A stretch of 64,000 nucleotides of DNA, from NCBI RefSeq assembly GCF_036321535.1, contig NC_087436.1, forward strand, positions 4,836,001-4,900,000, read 5' to 3'. Under the pieces are notes generated by a model. It worked only from the letters and a program-made list of their open reading frames with translations, made no database searches and had not been told where the DNA came from. The first letter of the stretch is position 1, and the number at the start of each line of letters is the position of its first letter. Both the position numbers and the translations under genes were made by a program. This DNA is from Camelus dromedarius. Its lineage: Eukaryota. Positions 13,002 through 24,713 of the stretch are shown in pieces.

Positions 13002-13289
13002 TCCCTTGGGGAGACAATGGGGACTGAATGTTGGTTGTATATGTGCGGGAAATGGTATCAGAAAATTGGAAGGGTCTAGGGAAAGCTTTCTTGGTACATC
13101 TGCTTGTTTCTTTGCCATAACCCTGTGCATAATATAGCTGTTTAGGGAAGATTTAGCTCCCTCAAAATGAAAAATTTCTGTTTAATTAAGAATACTACAA
13201 AGTTTAAAGATTGGTGTTCAACTGGGCAAATATACTGAAATACCTAAAACCAGCAAGAGATTAACATACAAACTGTACATGGAACTCCC

Positions 13290-13950
13290 TTAACCTGACA
13301 AGGAAAAGGTGTAACATCCAACACAAAACTAGGCAAAGATTATGAATAGGCAACTCATAGAAGGAAAAATATGAAAGACTAATGCATGTAGAAGTGCTCA
13401 ACCTCACTAGTAGGCAGGAAAAAAAAGGCAAAAAAGTAAATTCAAACGAGATACCAGCTGACTTGCCTTTATATACCGGTAACAATTACCTCGAGATGGG
13501 TAAAGTTGTTATTATTTCTCCTACGATTCAGTAATCCTGCTTTCAAATTATACTCACCAGAGAGGAGTGGCCCTAACACGAGGGTCAGTGCATCTTGCTT
13601 GTTGTAGCAAAGCAGTGAAAGCAACACGCGTGCTTGCCTTTATACATAAGTGTAATATACACACAGGAAGCAATCCCACGCAGCAGAGTGGCTGGCTCGG
13701 TTTACATACGTAACCGAGAGGTGTGTTAAAAAGGCAGGCCGACGGATGTGGAAAACAGAACGCTGAATTGAAAAAAAAAAAAAAAAGTAAGCAAGGTAAT
13801 AAAATGACTAATCCTAAATTACGTGAATCTTAAACACATAAATATATGCAAACGGGTCCATTTTTGAAGTATTTATATGTATCAAAAAAGGAAATAAGAA
13901 AGTTGACTCCAAAGAACACACTTTAATCACACATGCAGACAAACGGAAAA
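13290..13950 (+). mobile_element. Highly decayed L1ME-like fragment
   Basis: GGCAAAGATTATGAATAGGCAACTCATAGAAGG...GTGCTCAACCTCACTAG resembles the L1M ORF2 3' region; boundaries approximate. Confidence 0.5.
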
Positions 13951-14494
13951 AGAGACAAACCAGGAGGAATCTGTACAGACTAAGGGTGATTTTACGCCAG
14001 ACCTTCAATTCTGGGCACGTGAGCTCCTTACAAACAAGGCGAAACCAACAAGGCGGTGGCTTTGTGGGAGGAAACTGGCGGTTGGGCGGCAGCGCAGTGA
14101 AATCGAGGTTGTTACTCAGAAGGAGAGACTTGAGGTTTTTCCTGATCCGGAGGGAGGGGCGGGGAGTGTTTCGGAACAGGATTCTGGAAGAGTGCAGGAC
14201 AGGGGCTGGGGGCGGGGAGGGGCGTCCCGTCTGCCTCAGGAGGGGAGGGAAGACACGCGGTGTTTTCAGGCAGCAGCGGGCACCTGGGAGCAGCCCCCTT
14301 CCTCCTCCATCTCCTTGACTTGCTGAGTGTCCCTCCACCCAGCACAGAAGCGGACCCTCTTGTCTCACTGTTTCCATCCTCATGTGGGTGTTATTCTTGG
14401 CTCCTGAGTTAGGTTGAGAGCAACTTAGACTTTCTCAGAAGTCATGGAAAATTACATTTCAGATCAAGAAGGAGCCTTGCAAAGCATTTTATGA

Positions 14495-14665
14495 GCACAG
14501 TGAGCATTTATGACACCCATGTCCAGTGCTAAGCCCTGTTTTAAAGGTTTTACGTGCATTTCTCTCAACGAGTTCCCCCTCTTGTTTTTTTCACACCTGA
14601 ATAAATGAAGGTCCAAAGATCTTCCACATGTGACTAAGTCCAGATGGCTCAGGTCTTGGCCACGT
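14495..14665 (-). mobile_element. MIR SINE remnant
   Basis: GAGCATTTA...GTGCTAAGCCCTGTTTTAAAGGTTTTACGTGCATT resembles the reverse complement of the MIR 3' end. Confidence 0.5.
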
Positions 14666-14749
14666 TTCATCTAAATGCCTCGCCCGGAGCAGCACCTGCT
14701 ACCACAGGCTGATCAGCAAGTGAATTCTGGGGATGGGCACGTGGCCCCT

Positions 14750-14916
14750 TTTTTTAAAAACTAATTTTTTTATTGAAATAAAAGCTCAATTCTTGTTTAC
14801 GGGGGGCAGTAATTAGGGTCATTTATTTATTTATTATTTTTGGAGTACTGGGGATTGAACCCAGGACCTCGTGCATAGCTGAGTACACACTCTACCACTG
14901 AGCTCTACCTGCCCCC
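14750..14916 (-). mobile_element. Camelid tRNA-derived SINE (Vic-1 type)
   Basis: Reverse complement reads GGGGCAGGTAGAGCTCAGTGGTAGAGTGTGT...GCACGAGGTCCTGGGTTCAATCCCCAGTACTCC (A box, B box GTTCAA), then an AAAT-rich tail. Confidence 0.9.
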
Positions 14917-15395
14917 TGGCACCTTTCTTAAGACCTTCAGCCCTCAGGCCTTCTCACACGTTTCCACCTCAGTCTCCTTTCTTTTTTAAAGCTTCAAATA
15001 GAAGAGGATAACACGGCCAATACTCCTTGCTGAGTTTTATGAGCTTCTGTGCTGAGGAGAGCAGGCCAGAAGCTATTTTGGGATGCATCGTTTAAAATAA
15101 TGAGAAAACCAACTCAAGCAGTGGATGAAGGGGACGCAAATACAAGCCAGGGGCGGGGAGCCCTGGGGCAGTGGGGCCTGGCCTCCAGGGATGTACCAGG
15201 GGACACTCACTGAACTGGCTCTTTGCTGGGCTCCAGGTGACCAGAAGCAGTCCTCCACAGAGGCCTGCAAGTGGAGAGGGGAGCTCCCAGTCCTGGGTAC
15301 CAATTTGCACTGAACTGGTCTGGGGTAGTAATTACAAAACCCTGCTTTTGTGCTGTTGCTTGGGGCTTGGTAAAAGAAATGATCGCATGTTGAGA

Positions 15396-15873
15396 TGTAG
15401 GGAAGTCAGGCTGGCTTATAGGTGAGTTAACTTGAATTTGTGTTTCCCTAAAACAGCCGGCTCATGGCTTATCAAACGTACATGGCATGTCTGCTTTAAT
15501 TCTTAAAGAAAATGACACATGGACCAGAAGTAGAGAATGACCATGTTGAAAACAAAGATTAAATGCCCCTCTTCCCAGGACACCAGTGCTGGTCCTCCTT
15601 TGATGATGTTTCCCTCCCAGGTTCCGAGGCCACACCGATTCACTGTGTACTGGCCGGTCTGGTTTTTTTAAACCTTAAAGAAATGGAGCCCTGACTCGTT
15701 CATGTTTCTTTGCTCTAACAAGATGTAAAACTATGCTGGAAACCAAGCTTCTCCAGAGCAATTCCTCGAAGTCATCTGGGGGGTTGTCTTCTGGGTTATA
15801 GTCCTCAGTTTGCCTCAAACAAAACTCTTTTCTCCTCTTATTAGTGATTGCTTGTTCAATATTTTCATCAACG
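15396..15873 (+). mobile_element. ERV1-class solo LTR (MER34/MER39-like 3' end); 5' boundary uncertain
   Basis: 3' end ...GGGTTATAGTCCTCAGTTTGCCTCAAACAAAACTCTTTT...TTTTCATCAAC is similar in style to the minus-strand ends of the LTRs at 16135 and 24714. Confidence 0.55.
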
Positions 15874-16134
15874 GGGTCTGCAGGAAGGGAACTCTAACAT
15901 TGCAGAAAATGATTAGATAGTCATGAGTTGAGAAGAATGAACCATCACCACGTCAGTTGTTTCCACTGACACCGTCAGGACAAATGTACAAATCCATAGA
16001 AGTGCAATGCACACTGACTTTCCTTTGTTGGAATTTAAATTTTTTTTTTTTTTACTATAATTCATTTATTGGGAGTTTCCACATTTAAAAAAAAAAGTCA
16101 TATGAACATATCAAGAGTGAGATGGCTAGAATTC

Positions 16135-16468
16135 TGTCAACTAAAACAAATGCAAACCCAAAGGTTGAGAGTTATGTTTTATTTGCTGGACTCTGTGAGG
16201 ACCTGAGCCCAGGAGGTGGCCTCTCAGCTCGCTCTGAGGACTGGCTCCAAAGAGGCAAGGGAGGAGCTGGGATATAAAGGAGTTTTTGCAACAAAGACCA
16301 GGTAATCAGAACATCAAAAGCTTGCTGTTAATGAAACCAGATATCTCAAGTTAAGGAATTTAGCTTTTTTCTATGTATAGGAAAGTGCAAGAGTTGTGGC
16401 CGCAGAGGCTGATGACTTGGCCTTAGATCCTTTGTTTACTGATATGGCCGCCATGCTTTTCATCTACG
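16135..16468 (-). mobile_element. ERV1-class solo LTR, internally deleted, 4-bp TSD ATTC
   Basis: Begins TGTCAACT; TSD ATTC at 16131-16134 and 16469-16472; AATAAA on the - strand; collinear with 24714-25212. Confidence 0.85.
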
Positions 16469-16619
16469 ATTCCATAATCACAATTCCGCTCCCCAGCAGC
16501 AGTGACTGTAAATAGCTGGTTCTTATCCTTCAGAAACCAAGAACACATACACACCCATGTGTGTGCATTTTAATTTGTAAATAATATTCTTTAAAATCCT
16601 TATAAATAAAAAAATGTTT

Positions 16620-18089
16620 CTGTGAAAACATGAATGGACCTTGAAGATGTTATGCTAAGTGAAGTAAGTCAGAAAGAGAAAGACAAATACCATATGATGT
16701 CACTTATATGTGGACTCTAAAAAACAAAACAAACAAATAAGACAAACAAGAACAGACTCATGTAAATCAATGAAGCTAGAGCACTCCCTTACACCATACA
16801 AGAAAAATAAACTCAAAATAGATCAAAGACTTAAACATAAGACAAGATACAATAAACCTCCTAGAAGAAAACATAGGCAAAACATTATCTGACATACATC
16901 TCAAAAATGTTCTCCTAGGGCAGTCTACCCAAGCAATAGCAATAAAAGCAAGAGTAAACAGATGGAACCTAATTAAACTTACAAGCTTCTGCACAGCAAA
17001 GGAAACCCTAAACAAAACAAAGTGACAACCTACGAATGGGAGAAAATTTTTGCAAATGATGAAACTGACAAAGCTTGATCTCCAGAATATATAAGCAGCT
17101 CATAAGACTTAATAAGAAAAAAAACAAACAACCCAATCCAAAAATTGGCAGAAGACCTAAACAAGCAATTCTCCAAGGAAGACATATGAATGATCAAAAG
17201 GCACATGAAAAAATGCTCAATATCACTAATTATCAGAGAAATGCAAATCAAAACTACAATGAGGTATCACCTCACACCAGTCAGAATGGCCATCATTCAA
17301 AAGTCCACAAATGACAAATGCGGGAGAGGCTGTGGAGAAAGGGGAACCCTCCTACACTGCTGGTGGGAATGCAGTTTGGTGCAGCCACTATGGAAAACAG
17401 TATGGAGATTCCTCAAAAGACTAGGATAGACTTACCATATGACCCAGGAATCCCAGTCCTGGGCTTATATCTAGAAGGAACCCTACTTCAAAAAGACACC
17501 TGCACCCCAATATTCATAGCAGTGCTATTTATAATAGCCAAGACATGGAAACAGCCTAAATTTCCATCAACAGATGACTGGATAAAGAAGAAGTGGTATA
17601 TTTTTACAATGAAATACTATTCAGCCATAAAAACCGACAACATAATGCCATTTACAGCAACATGCATGTCCCTGGAGAATGTCATTCTAAGTGAAGTAAG
17701 CCAGAAAGAGAAAGAAAAATACCATATGAGATTGCTCATATGTGGAATCTAAAAAAAAAAAAAAAAAAGAAAAAAAAGAAACTGGAAATTGACACAACAT
17801 TGTAAACTGACTATAACTCAATAAAAAATGTTAAAAAAGAGAATAGACTCATAGATGAAAGATATAGAGAACATATGGGTGGTTGCTGGAGGAAAGAAGG
17901 ATGGGTATGTGAAATATAAAATTAGCCACTGAGAGATAATAAACAGCATGCAGAATATGCTCAATAATGTCACAACTTGATGGGGACCAGGGATTACTGG
18001 GCTTATACTAATGTGTGCAAACGCCAAATCACTATTCAGTGCACCTGAAATTAACAGAACATTGTACACCAACTATATTTCAACAAAAA
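16620..18089 (+). mobile_element. Older L1 3' end (L1MA9-like) split by a younger L1
   Basis: 16620-16761 (ATGGACCTTGAAGATGTTATGCTAAGTGAAGTAAGTCAG...) resumes at 17853-18089 and ends AACTATATTTCAACAAAAA. Confidence 0.8.
16762..17839 (+). mobile_element. Young L1, ~1.1 kb (ORF2 C-terminal region incl. HCWWEC motif, shortened 3' UTR)
   Basis: ORFs 17190-17429 ([24 protein letters not shown]) and 17318-17752 (DLPYDPGIP...IAKTWKQPK) are frameshifted ORF2p; TSD AGAA(C/T)AGACTCAT at 16749-16761 and 17840-17852. Confidence 0.95.
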
Positions 18090-18099
18090 TTTCTTTAGG

Positions 18100-18350
18100 A
18101 ACATATGTATCACGAACATATATATGCACACGTGTATATATATAACATATATATACACGTGTGCATATATAATTTGCTATATATATGTATAAAATGTTGC
18201 TATATATATATATCAAAAATAAATCCATATCTAAAAATATAAAATTGGGAAAAATGGAGAAGTATAAATTTCAAACATGCAAATTATATTCAATTCTTAT
18301 ATAAAAGATGCAAATTGATATTCTTTATATATATATATATTCTTTATATA
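18100..18350. repeat. TA-rich low-complexity tract containing a perfect palindrome
   Basis: (TA)n runs; 25-bp inverted repeat at 18119-18171. Confidence 0.85.
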
Positions 18351-19540
18351 GAAGCACTGATAAATCAGAAAAAAAAAAGGATCAACCCTGTAGAACAGAA
18401 AAGAAATACAAATGGCTCATAATGAATCCATGCTAATAAAATAAATATAAATACATACAATATTGAAGTACTGATATTCAGCTGTCGAAATTGCAAATCA
18501 ATAATATTGGGTATTAGCAATGTTGGAGAAATAAGAACTATCATACAGCATTCACGGGAAAGCAATTCAACAGTGCTTTCAATATTTAAAAGGCTCAAAC
18601 TGACATACCAATTCCACTTTTGAAATTTTGTCTGGTTGAACCCACATTATCGATTAAATATGGCAGCGTTGCTAATTGGAAGAAAATACTTGAAAGCAAT
18701 CTAAATCTTTTTTTTTTTTTAACATTTTTTTATTGAGTTATAGTCAGTTTACAATGTTGTGTCAATTTTCAGTGTAGAGCACAATTTTTCAGTTATACAT
18801 GAACATACATATATTCATTGTCACATTTTTTTCACTGTGAGCTACCACAAGATCTTGTATATATTTCCCTGTGCTATACAATATAATCTTGTTAATCTAT
18901 TCTACATATGCCTGTCAGTATCTACAAATTTCAAACTCCCAGTCTGTCCCTTGCCAACCCCCTCTCCCTTGGCAACCACAAGTTTGTATTCTATGTCTAT
19001 GAGTCTGTTTCTGTTTTGTATTTATGTTCTTTCTTTTTCTTTTTTTTTAGATTCCACATATGAACGATCTCATATGGTATTTTTCCTTCTCTTTCTGGCT
19101 TACTTCACTTAGAATGACATTCTCCAGGGACATGCATGTTGCTGCAAACAGCACTATGTTGTCGTTTTTTATGGCTGAATAGTATTCCATTGTATAAATA
19201 TGCCACATCTTCTTTAAGCAATCTAAATCTTAATCACTAAGAGAGTGTTTAAGTAAATACATTGTATTCATACAATGGAACACTGAGTAGTATTTATAAA
19301 GAATGAGGTAAAATATAAATTCATATGGAAAAATATCTGCACTATGTTGCCAGGTAAAAGTGTGGTGGTATCAGAATAGCATATACTGTATGAATTTATA
19401 TGTGTTAAAGCATAATCTTATTTAATCTGCTTAAATGTATACAGTGAGTTAATGAAAAATATATCTGGAATGATATCTGTGAAACATGCTAATTTGGAGA
19501 CTTGATTGGGGAAAAGGGAATGAGACATTATATTTTTACT
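18350..19540 (+). mobile_element. Decayed L1ME-like 3' region interrupted by a young antisense L1
   Basis: CAATTCCACTTTTGAAATTT; TTGAAAGCAATCTAAAT continues after 19231 as ...GTATTCATACAATGGAACAC; boundaries approximate. Confidence 0.55.
18710..19215 (-). mobile_element. Young L1 3' end with perfect 16-bp TSD
   Basis: TSD AAGCAATCTAAATCTT at 18694-18709 and 19216-19231; poly(T) then TTATTGAGTTATAGTCAG; same subfamily as the copies at 7914 and 16762. Confidence 0.95.
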
Positions 19541-20749
19541 TAGGGTTTAGGTATTGCTTTTATTTTAAACATTCCTCACATAGCATTAATACTCAACTCT
19601 GCATTTAGGTTCGGTTTCAGTTTTAAACAATATGCAAATAGCCATTTTATAATCAAAATAACTTTAAAATCAGATTTGTTTTCTTTTTTACGGTAAGCAG
19701 ATATGATTTTTATAATTACTTTTCTTAAATAAATAATGAAAATTTAATATCATTTTCACATTAATTTTTAAATTTAACTTTATACTTTCTGGTTATATTT
19801 TCTTTACTACCTACTATTTTCTTTTCAGATGTCTTAGGAATATTAACATTTTATTTAAAATACATATTTGTGGAGGAAAAAAATCCTACAGTGCCATAGA
19901 AACAAATGACTTTACAACCTTGTCATCTTGCTAAAATTTTAACGACTTCTACATGGGCACTGTATACTGAGGCAATAGGTGTGACTGCATTATTAGTAGC
20001 CTAAGTGGATGTTTCATTTGTTCCATTTACACTGAAATTCCTACTTGGTTACAAGGTTCATTTAGGTCCTGAGCCCCTGGGTCTCTGTTTTCATAGTTCA
20101 GCTCTTACCACCTCTAAGTTTCGGTTGTTACGCGAGAAAGCAGTAGCGCCCAGATGACGCCCCAGTGCAGTGAAATAGTTAATTAACTTTCGTAAGTGAG
20201 CAGCCGCTCAGGACACAGTTCACGTGGTTTAACCGCTGGTGAAGCAGCGGGATGTTTACAAAGAGCTTTGAACTTTCATCCCGAACTGCTCAACCCTACA
20301 CACCAAACAGGTGTTTTTGTTTAGTGTTCTCTTCCTGCGACATTAGGGAATTAGAGAGAGAGAGGTCCATAACTTCAGCCAACATGCAAACGCTTTCACT
20401 TTTTCAAACCGTGGCATTTGAAACCGAAGCCATGCTTTTCACTAGTGGACTCGAGACCGTAAATACCACATTTATGGAGCACTTCTAAAATGTGCGGCGC
20501 TGATGATCACAATTTGACAATGTTAATGCCTTGCTCACTAAACAACAACATTCTAGCATAAGTCCTTTCTTATTTCTGGTGTTAACTTATATACCTTTCT
20601 AAAACTTCTAGTTATACAAATCATGGGTGAAAAACAGCTGTCTGCATTCAAGTTTTTAATTAGAATTTAAAGCCATATTAAAAAGCAGACTTTTTAGAAT
20701 TATTTTTCTATAAATAGTCGATTTATACTTAGTATCAATCTCCTACTTT

Positions 20750-20905
20750 CATTTTTTAATTTTTTCTATGTTTTAAAAAAATTTAACTTAATTTCACTTA
20801 TTTTTATTTTGGAAGGGGGAGGTAATGAGGTTTTTTACTTAGTTATTTATTTCAATGGAAGTACTGGGGGTTGAGCATGTGGTCTACCACTTGAACTACT
20901 CCCCA
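20750..20905 (-). mobile_element. Vic-1-type SINE with internal deletion
   Basis: GTACTGGGGGTTGAG|CATGTGGTCTACCACTTGAACTA; TSD CA(A/G)TCTCCTACTTT at 20736-20749 and 20906-20919. Confidence 0.85.
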
Positions 20906-23599
20906 CAGTCTCCTACTTTGAATTTCAGTATTTGCCATGAAATTCAGTATCTTAAACAATTTTGAACTAGTAATTATTTGCACAAATCCTGCTCACGTGG
21001 GGGGATGTGTAATATTATATGACATTCTTATCATGAAAATAATAGAACCAACTAACCCATGTTGGGAATAAAAATGAATCACAGGTTTAATATTATTTGA
21101 ATAAGATGGCGAGCACGTAGCAGAGCTTGTAATAAAGTCAAATTCACTAACAAAGTACAGAATTCTCTCCAGGTGGGAAGGTTTGCCATGGTTTGCATGT
21201 AAAGAAGTAAGCAAAGTGTAAATCAAGCAGTCAGATCGCTGACCCAGCCCTAAGACCACCGATTACTATGGCAAAGTCTTTTTCCAAAGTTTGTCATTTA
21301 TTGAGCGAATATCGGGCCCCATGATGGGAGACTTTGGAAAGCTGTCTTTTCCGCTCACCTTTAGGAAATTTTACACTAAAAGTAGAATTCAGAATTCTGT
21401 TCTTCTGGGAAAGTAAAGTGTAGGATGGAAGCAAACTGCAACATTTACAGACCCTTCAGAATCGCACAGCAGAGGGCTTCGGAACCCTCAGCAATGACCA
21501 TGTCCAGTTAACAGTACAAATGTTTCACTCGCTTTTGGATCTTTAACTTCCACTTTCGTTAAAAGTTTTCTTTGTGATATTATAGAATCCTCAACTTCTC
21601 TTAGAATTACAGACATTCCACTGTGGTGTGTGCTGGTGTTGACATCTGTGCTAGGAAAGATTCTTTTGACCTTTTATTTAAAGAAAAATGTAATATTTCA
21701 AGTGACAACGTACAAGATCAACTGAAGGCAATTCTACAAGACACGTGTAGGTTTCTCCTCACATCTACACATGACGAGTGATTTACTTGGACATTAATCC
21801 CAACAGTTTTTGATATAATCATCCTTTCTCCTTCCCAACAGCTGGACTACAAGATCCCTGGACTCCAGGGAAATTACAGACAAGCCCCTTTCTGACTTTT
21901 ATTATTGAATTTCCCTGCTCTTGTGGTGGTGGTGGGGTTACCCTGGGATAAGAGAGAATGCATTTACCTAGATCACGAGGGCCACAGGGATCAGGAGGGA
22001 GGCCTCAAGGTCTGAGAAACCACTTCACCTTGAGGCTCACGAAACCTACCCTCTGGGGTTTCAACTGCAGGAAAAGTCTTGTAAGGTCCTGAGCCCAATT
22101 TCAAAATCATATTTTTTCCCTAAACTTTTTTTTTCCTTGCCATAGAATCTTCCTATGACAAACACCCCCAAATCCCAAAGTGAATTTGTCCCAATGCATA
22201 TCCTTGTAACCATCACCCAGATGAAGATAAAGAAATGATCTGTGATTTTTCCTTTTCTCAAAGAGAACTGTGTCACCTGTGTATGTTCAGGTCCCCATAA
22301 CACTTGGATTCTTCTGTGTTATGGTGTTAAAAGTAGAAAGTGGTGGCACTGGGGAGGAAGGCGAGGTGTGGAGGTAGCTCTCTGCTCTCTCTCCCCCAGG
22401 CATGGTGTGTCCAGGAAGGATAAACCCCTCCATCTGATAAGATGACTGGATGCAAACAGGATTCGGAGAACAGTGGAGTCTCTATTTGGTGCCAGATAAT
22501 CCTGGATGGGCCTTCCCAGAGAAGGAAGAGAAACCAAAGGAGATTCCCTGACATTCATTTACTGTATAAAATCACAGAATATTGATAAAATTCAGAAAAT
22601 GGAAAGTGAGCTCCAATATAGAATAGCATTGTCTGCTGGCAACCCAATAAGATGGAGGCTTGAGGTTAAATTCCAGATTCTGGTTCAGTTATAGAAAGTA
22701 AAGGAATGACCTTTCTTTTCCTTTTCCAACCCGAATTTGTGGCGGTGAATTCGTATTTGTTAGGTTAGGAAACCCGTCACCCACAGAAAGTCCTAAATTC
22801 CAGAGACTGAACACAACAGAAGCGCATTTCTCATTCATGCAGCACCAGTTGGAGGGGGCTGTCCATCTGTGGTCCGTGCAGCAGAGGAAGGAAATGTGAC
22901 CCACAGAGCTGGCGCCAACTCGTGACACACGCCACACGACCTCCTTCCAGTCCAAAAAAATTAGACGTGCAACCCTCCACGGATTTGGGTGAACAGCACT
23001 AAGGACTTCCACAAAACTCATTCCAGCCACAACAACTACAGCTTTTCAATTTTCCTTGAGGAACTCCGTGAATTCTAATGCAGAAAGAAAGCCATTACCT
23101 CTCTTTTCAATTCAGAGCACCCTGAGTGAGCACGCTGATCTCTCCCGTGTGCCGTTTAACAGGACTTCCATTTTGCCTGCCGCCAGCAGGGAGAGTAGTA
23201 ATTGGTTTTCAATTTCCCAAAGATGACTTGCCACCATCAGCATTTTATCAGGTTTTAGAATCCTACACCAAGGCGATCTGAGGATATATTTTACTCCTTT
23301 TATTGTTTCTTGCAAATATAGAGGCTTTATTCCTTCAGATGCTGATTTTAAGGAAGTGCTTTATGAGAGTTTCGGTGATTTATGCTTTATTTTGTATTCC
23401 GTTTTTATTAGAAACAGGCCAGCGGCTTCTAGTGTTTGAACCAGAATTTGGTTCACTGACAGTAAAATAACAATCATTCATCATAAACTTTCAATCCATT
23501 CTTGTCCTCATCGTTACGTGAATGTGGATGTAGTCCATAAAAATGAAAAGCAGCTCTCACACTCCAGGGTCGACGTTCTGCTTAATGCTCAAAAGTCAG

Positions 23600-23870
23600 A
23601 CCAGTGTGGAGGATTTAAGTACACACAGTTCGCAAGTCAGCCTGCCTGCATCGGAATCCCAGCCCTGCCACTGTGTGACTTTGGGAAAGTTGTGTAAATT
23701 CTCCATAATTCAATTTCCTCATCTGGGGAAGGTAATTGTAATGACCTCCATAGACTACGGAGGATTCTATTTTATTTATGAAATCTACGTGGATTCTAAA
23801 TGAGCAAATACTTGTGAAGTGTTGAGTGTTTGCCCTACAGGAAGCTCTGTATGAGCTTTGGCTGTTACTG
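23600..23870 (+). mobile_element. MIR SINE
   Basis: AGTCAGCCTGCCTG...AATCCCAGCCCTGCCACTGTGTGACTTTGGGAAAGTT...TTTCCTCATCTG (MIR core). Confidence 0.75.
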
Positions 23871-23877
23871 CTCTTGT

Positions 23878-23945
23878 AATAATAATAATAATATTAATAT
23901 TAATAATGATGAATAATAATGAAATAATTATTATTATTTCAATAA
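23878..23945. repeat. (AAT)n-like low-complexity tract
   Basis: aataataataataatattaatattaataatgatgaataataat... Confidence 0.8.
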
Positions 23946-24019
23946 GAAGTGAGCCCAAAATGACTTTTTGCCAATCACAAGGGTTCCCTGTATTATACAA
24001 AGTTGTGGCATTGGCACAA

Positions 24020-24182
24020 AGGATCCCCAAATAGGATGGGACTGGATATATTGTCATGCCCATTTTCAACTGCTCTCTCCTGGAAAAAGAGACAGGAAAG
24101 GTTAAGTAATTTGCATGTGGTTACATGGCGCACCAATGGTACTGTGTATGGACCAAGAGAATCCAGTGCAAAATCAAAGCTC
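24020..24182 (-). mobile_element. MIR SINE remnant
   Basis: ATGCCCATTTTCA...GACAGGAAAGGTTAAGTAATTTGC...GGTTACATGGC is the reverse-complement MIR core. Confidence 0.6.
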
Positions 24183-24713
24183 CCAATGCAACTCACACCG
24201 CAGCGCCCACCATACTGACAGATGATGTGCAAAAGGTGAGTGATAAAAAGCTTTATGGGAAAAAAGTGGCTGAGTTAGGGCTGTAATGGCAACAGAAAAC
24301 AAAGATGTTATTCTTCGCAGAGTGGTAAGAATTCTGCTTTACTCCAGGGCTGTCTATCTGATGGTAGCATTTGTCAAACAACCTGCTTCATCTGGAAACA
24401 AAGCAGATTCACTGTCCTGTTACATGCAAATACATTTACCACTCAGGTGTAATTTGTGTAAAAGTGTTTTCCTGATCAAAGTATGTCACGCTAGCTTGCT
24501 TTCAGTTTTGCTTCTGTTTTTCTACTTTACGAGTTTCTCTTTGATACCAACTAATTAAAACTTCCTTTTTCCTTTTGGATTTCTAGTGATGGCCATTCAA
24601 AAAATTAATCCTTCTGTCGTAGAGCTGATTTTTGCCCGCACATTCAGGTATCTAAAGAAAGAGACTCTTGATCCTTGACTATTCTCCAAAATGTGTGACA
24701 TATGGTATAGTTT

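Noticed and set aside
13814..14383. 189-aa minus-strand ORF and overlapping ORFs
   Set aside because: No recognisable domain; explained by a GC-rich patch with few stop codons, and it runs into L1 relic sequence
17075..17752. ORFs with clear protein similarity
   Set aside because: Frameshifted, 5'-truncated L1 ORF2p fragments, not a host CDS
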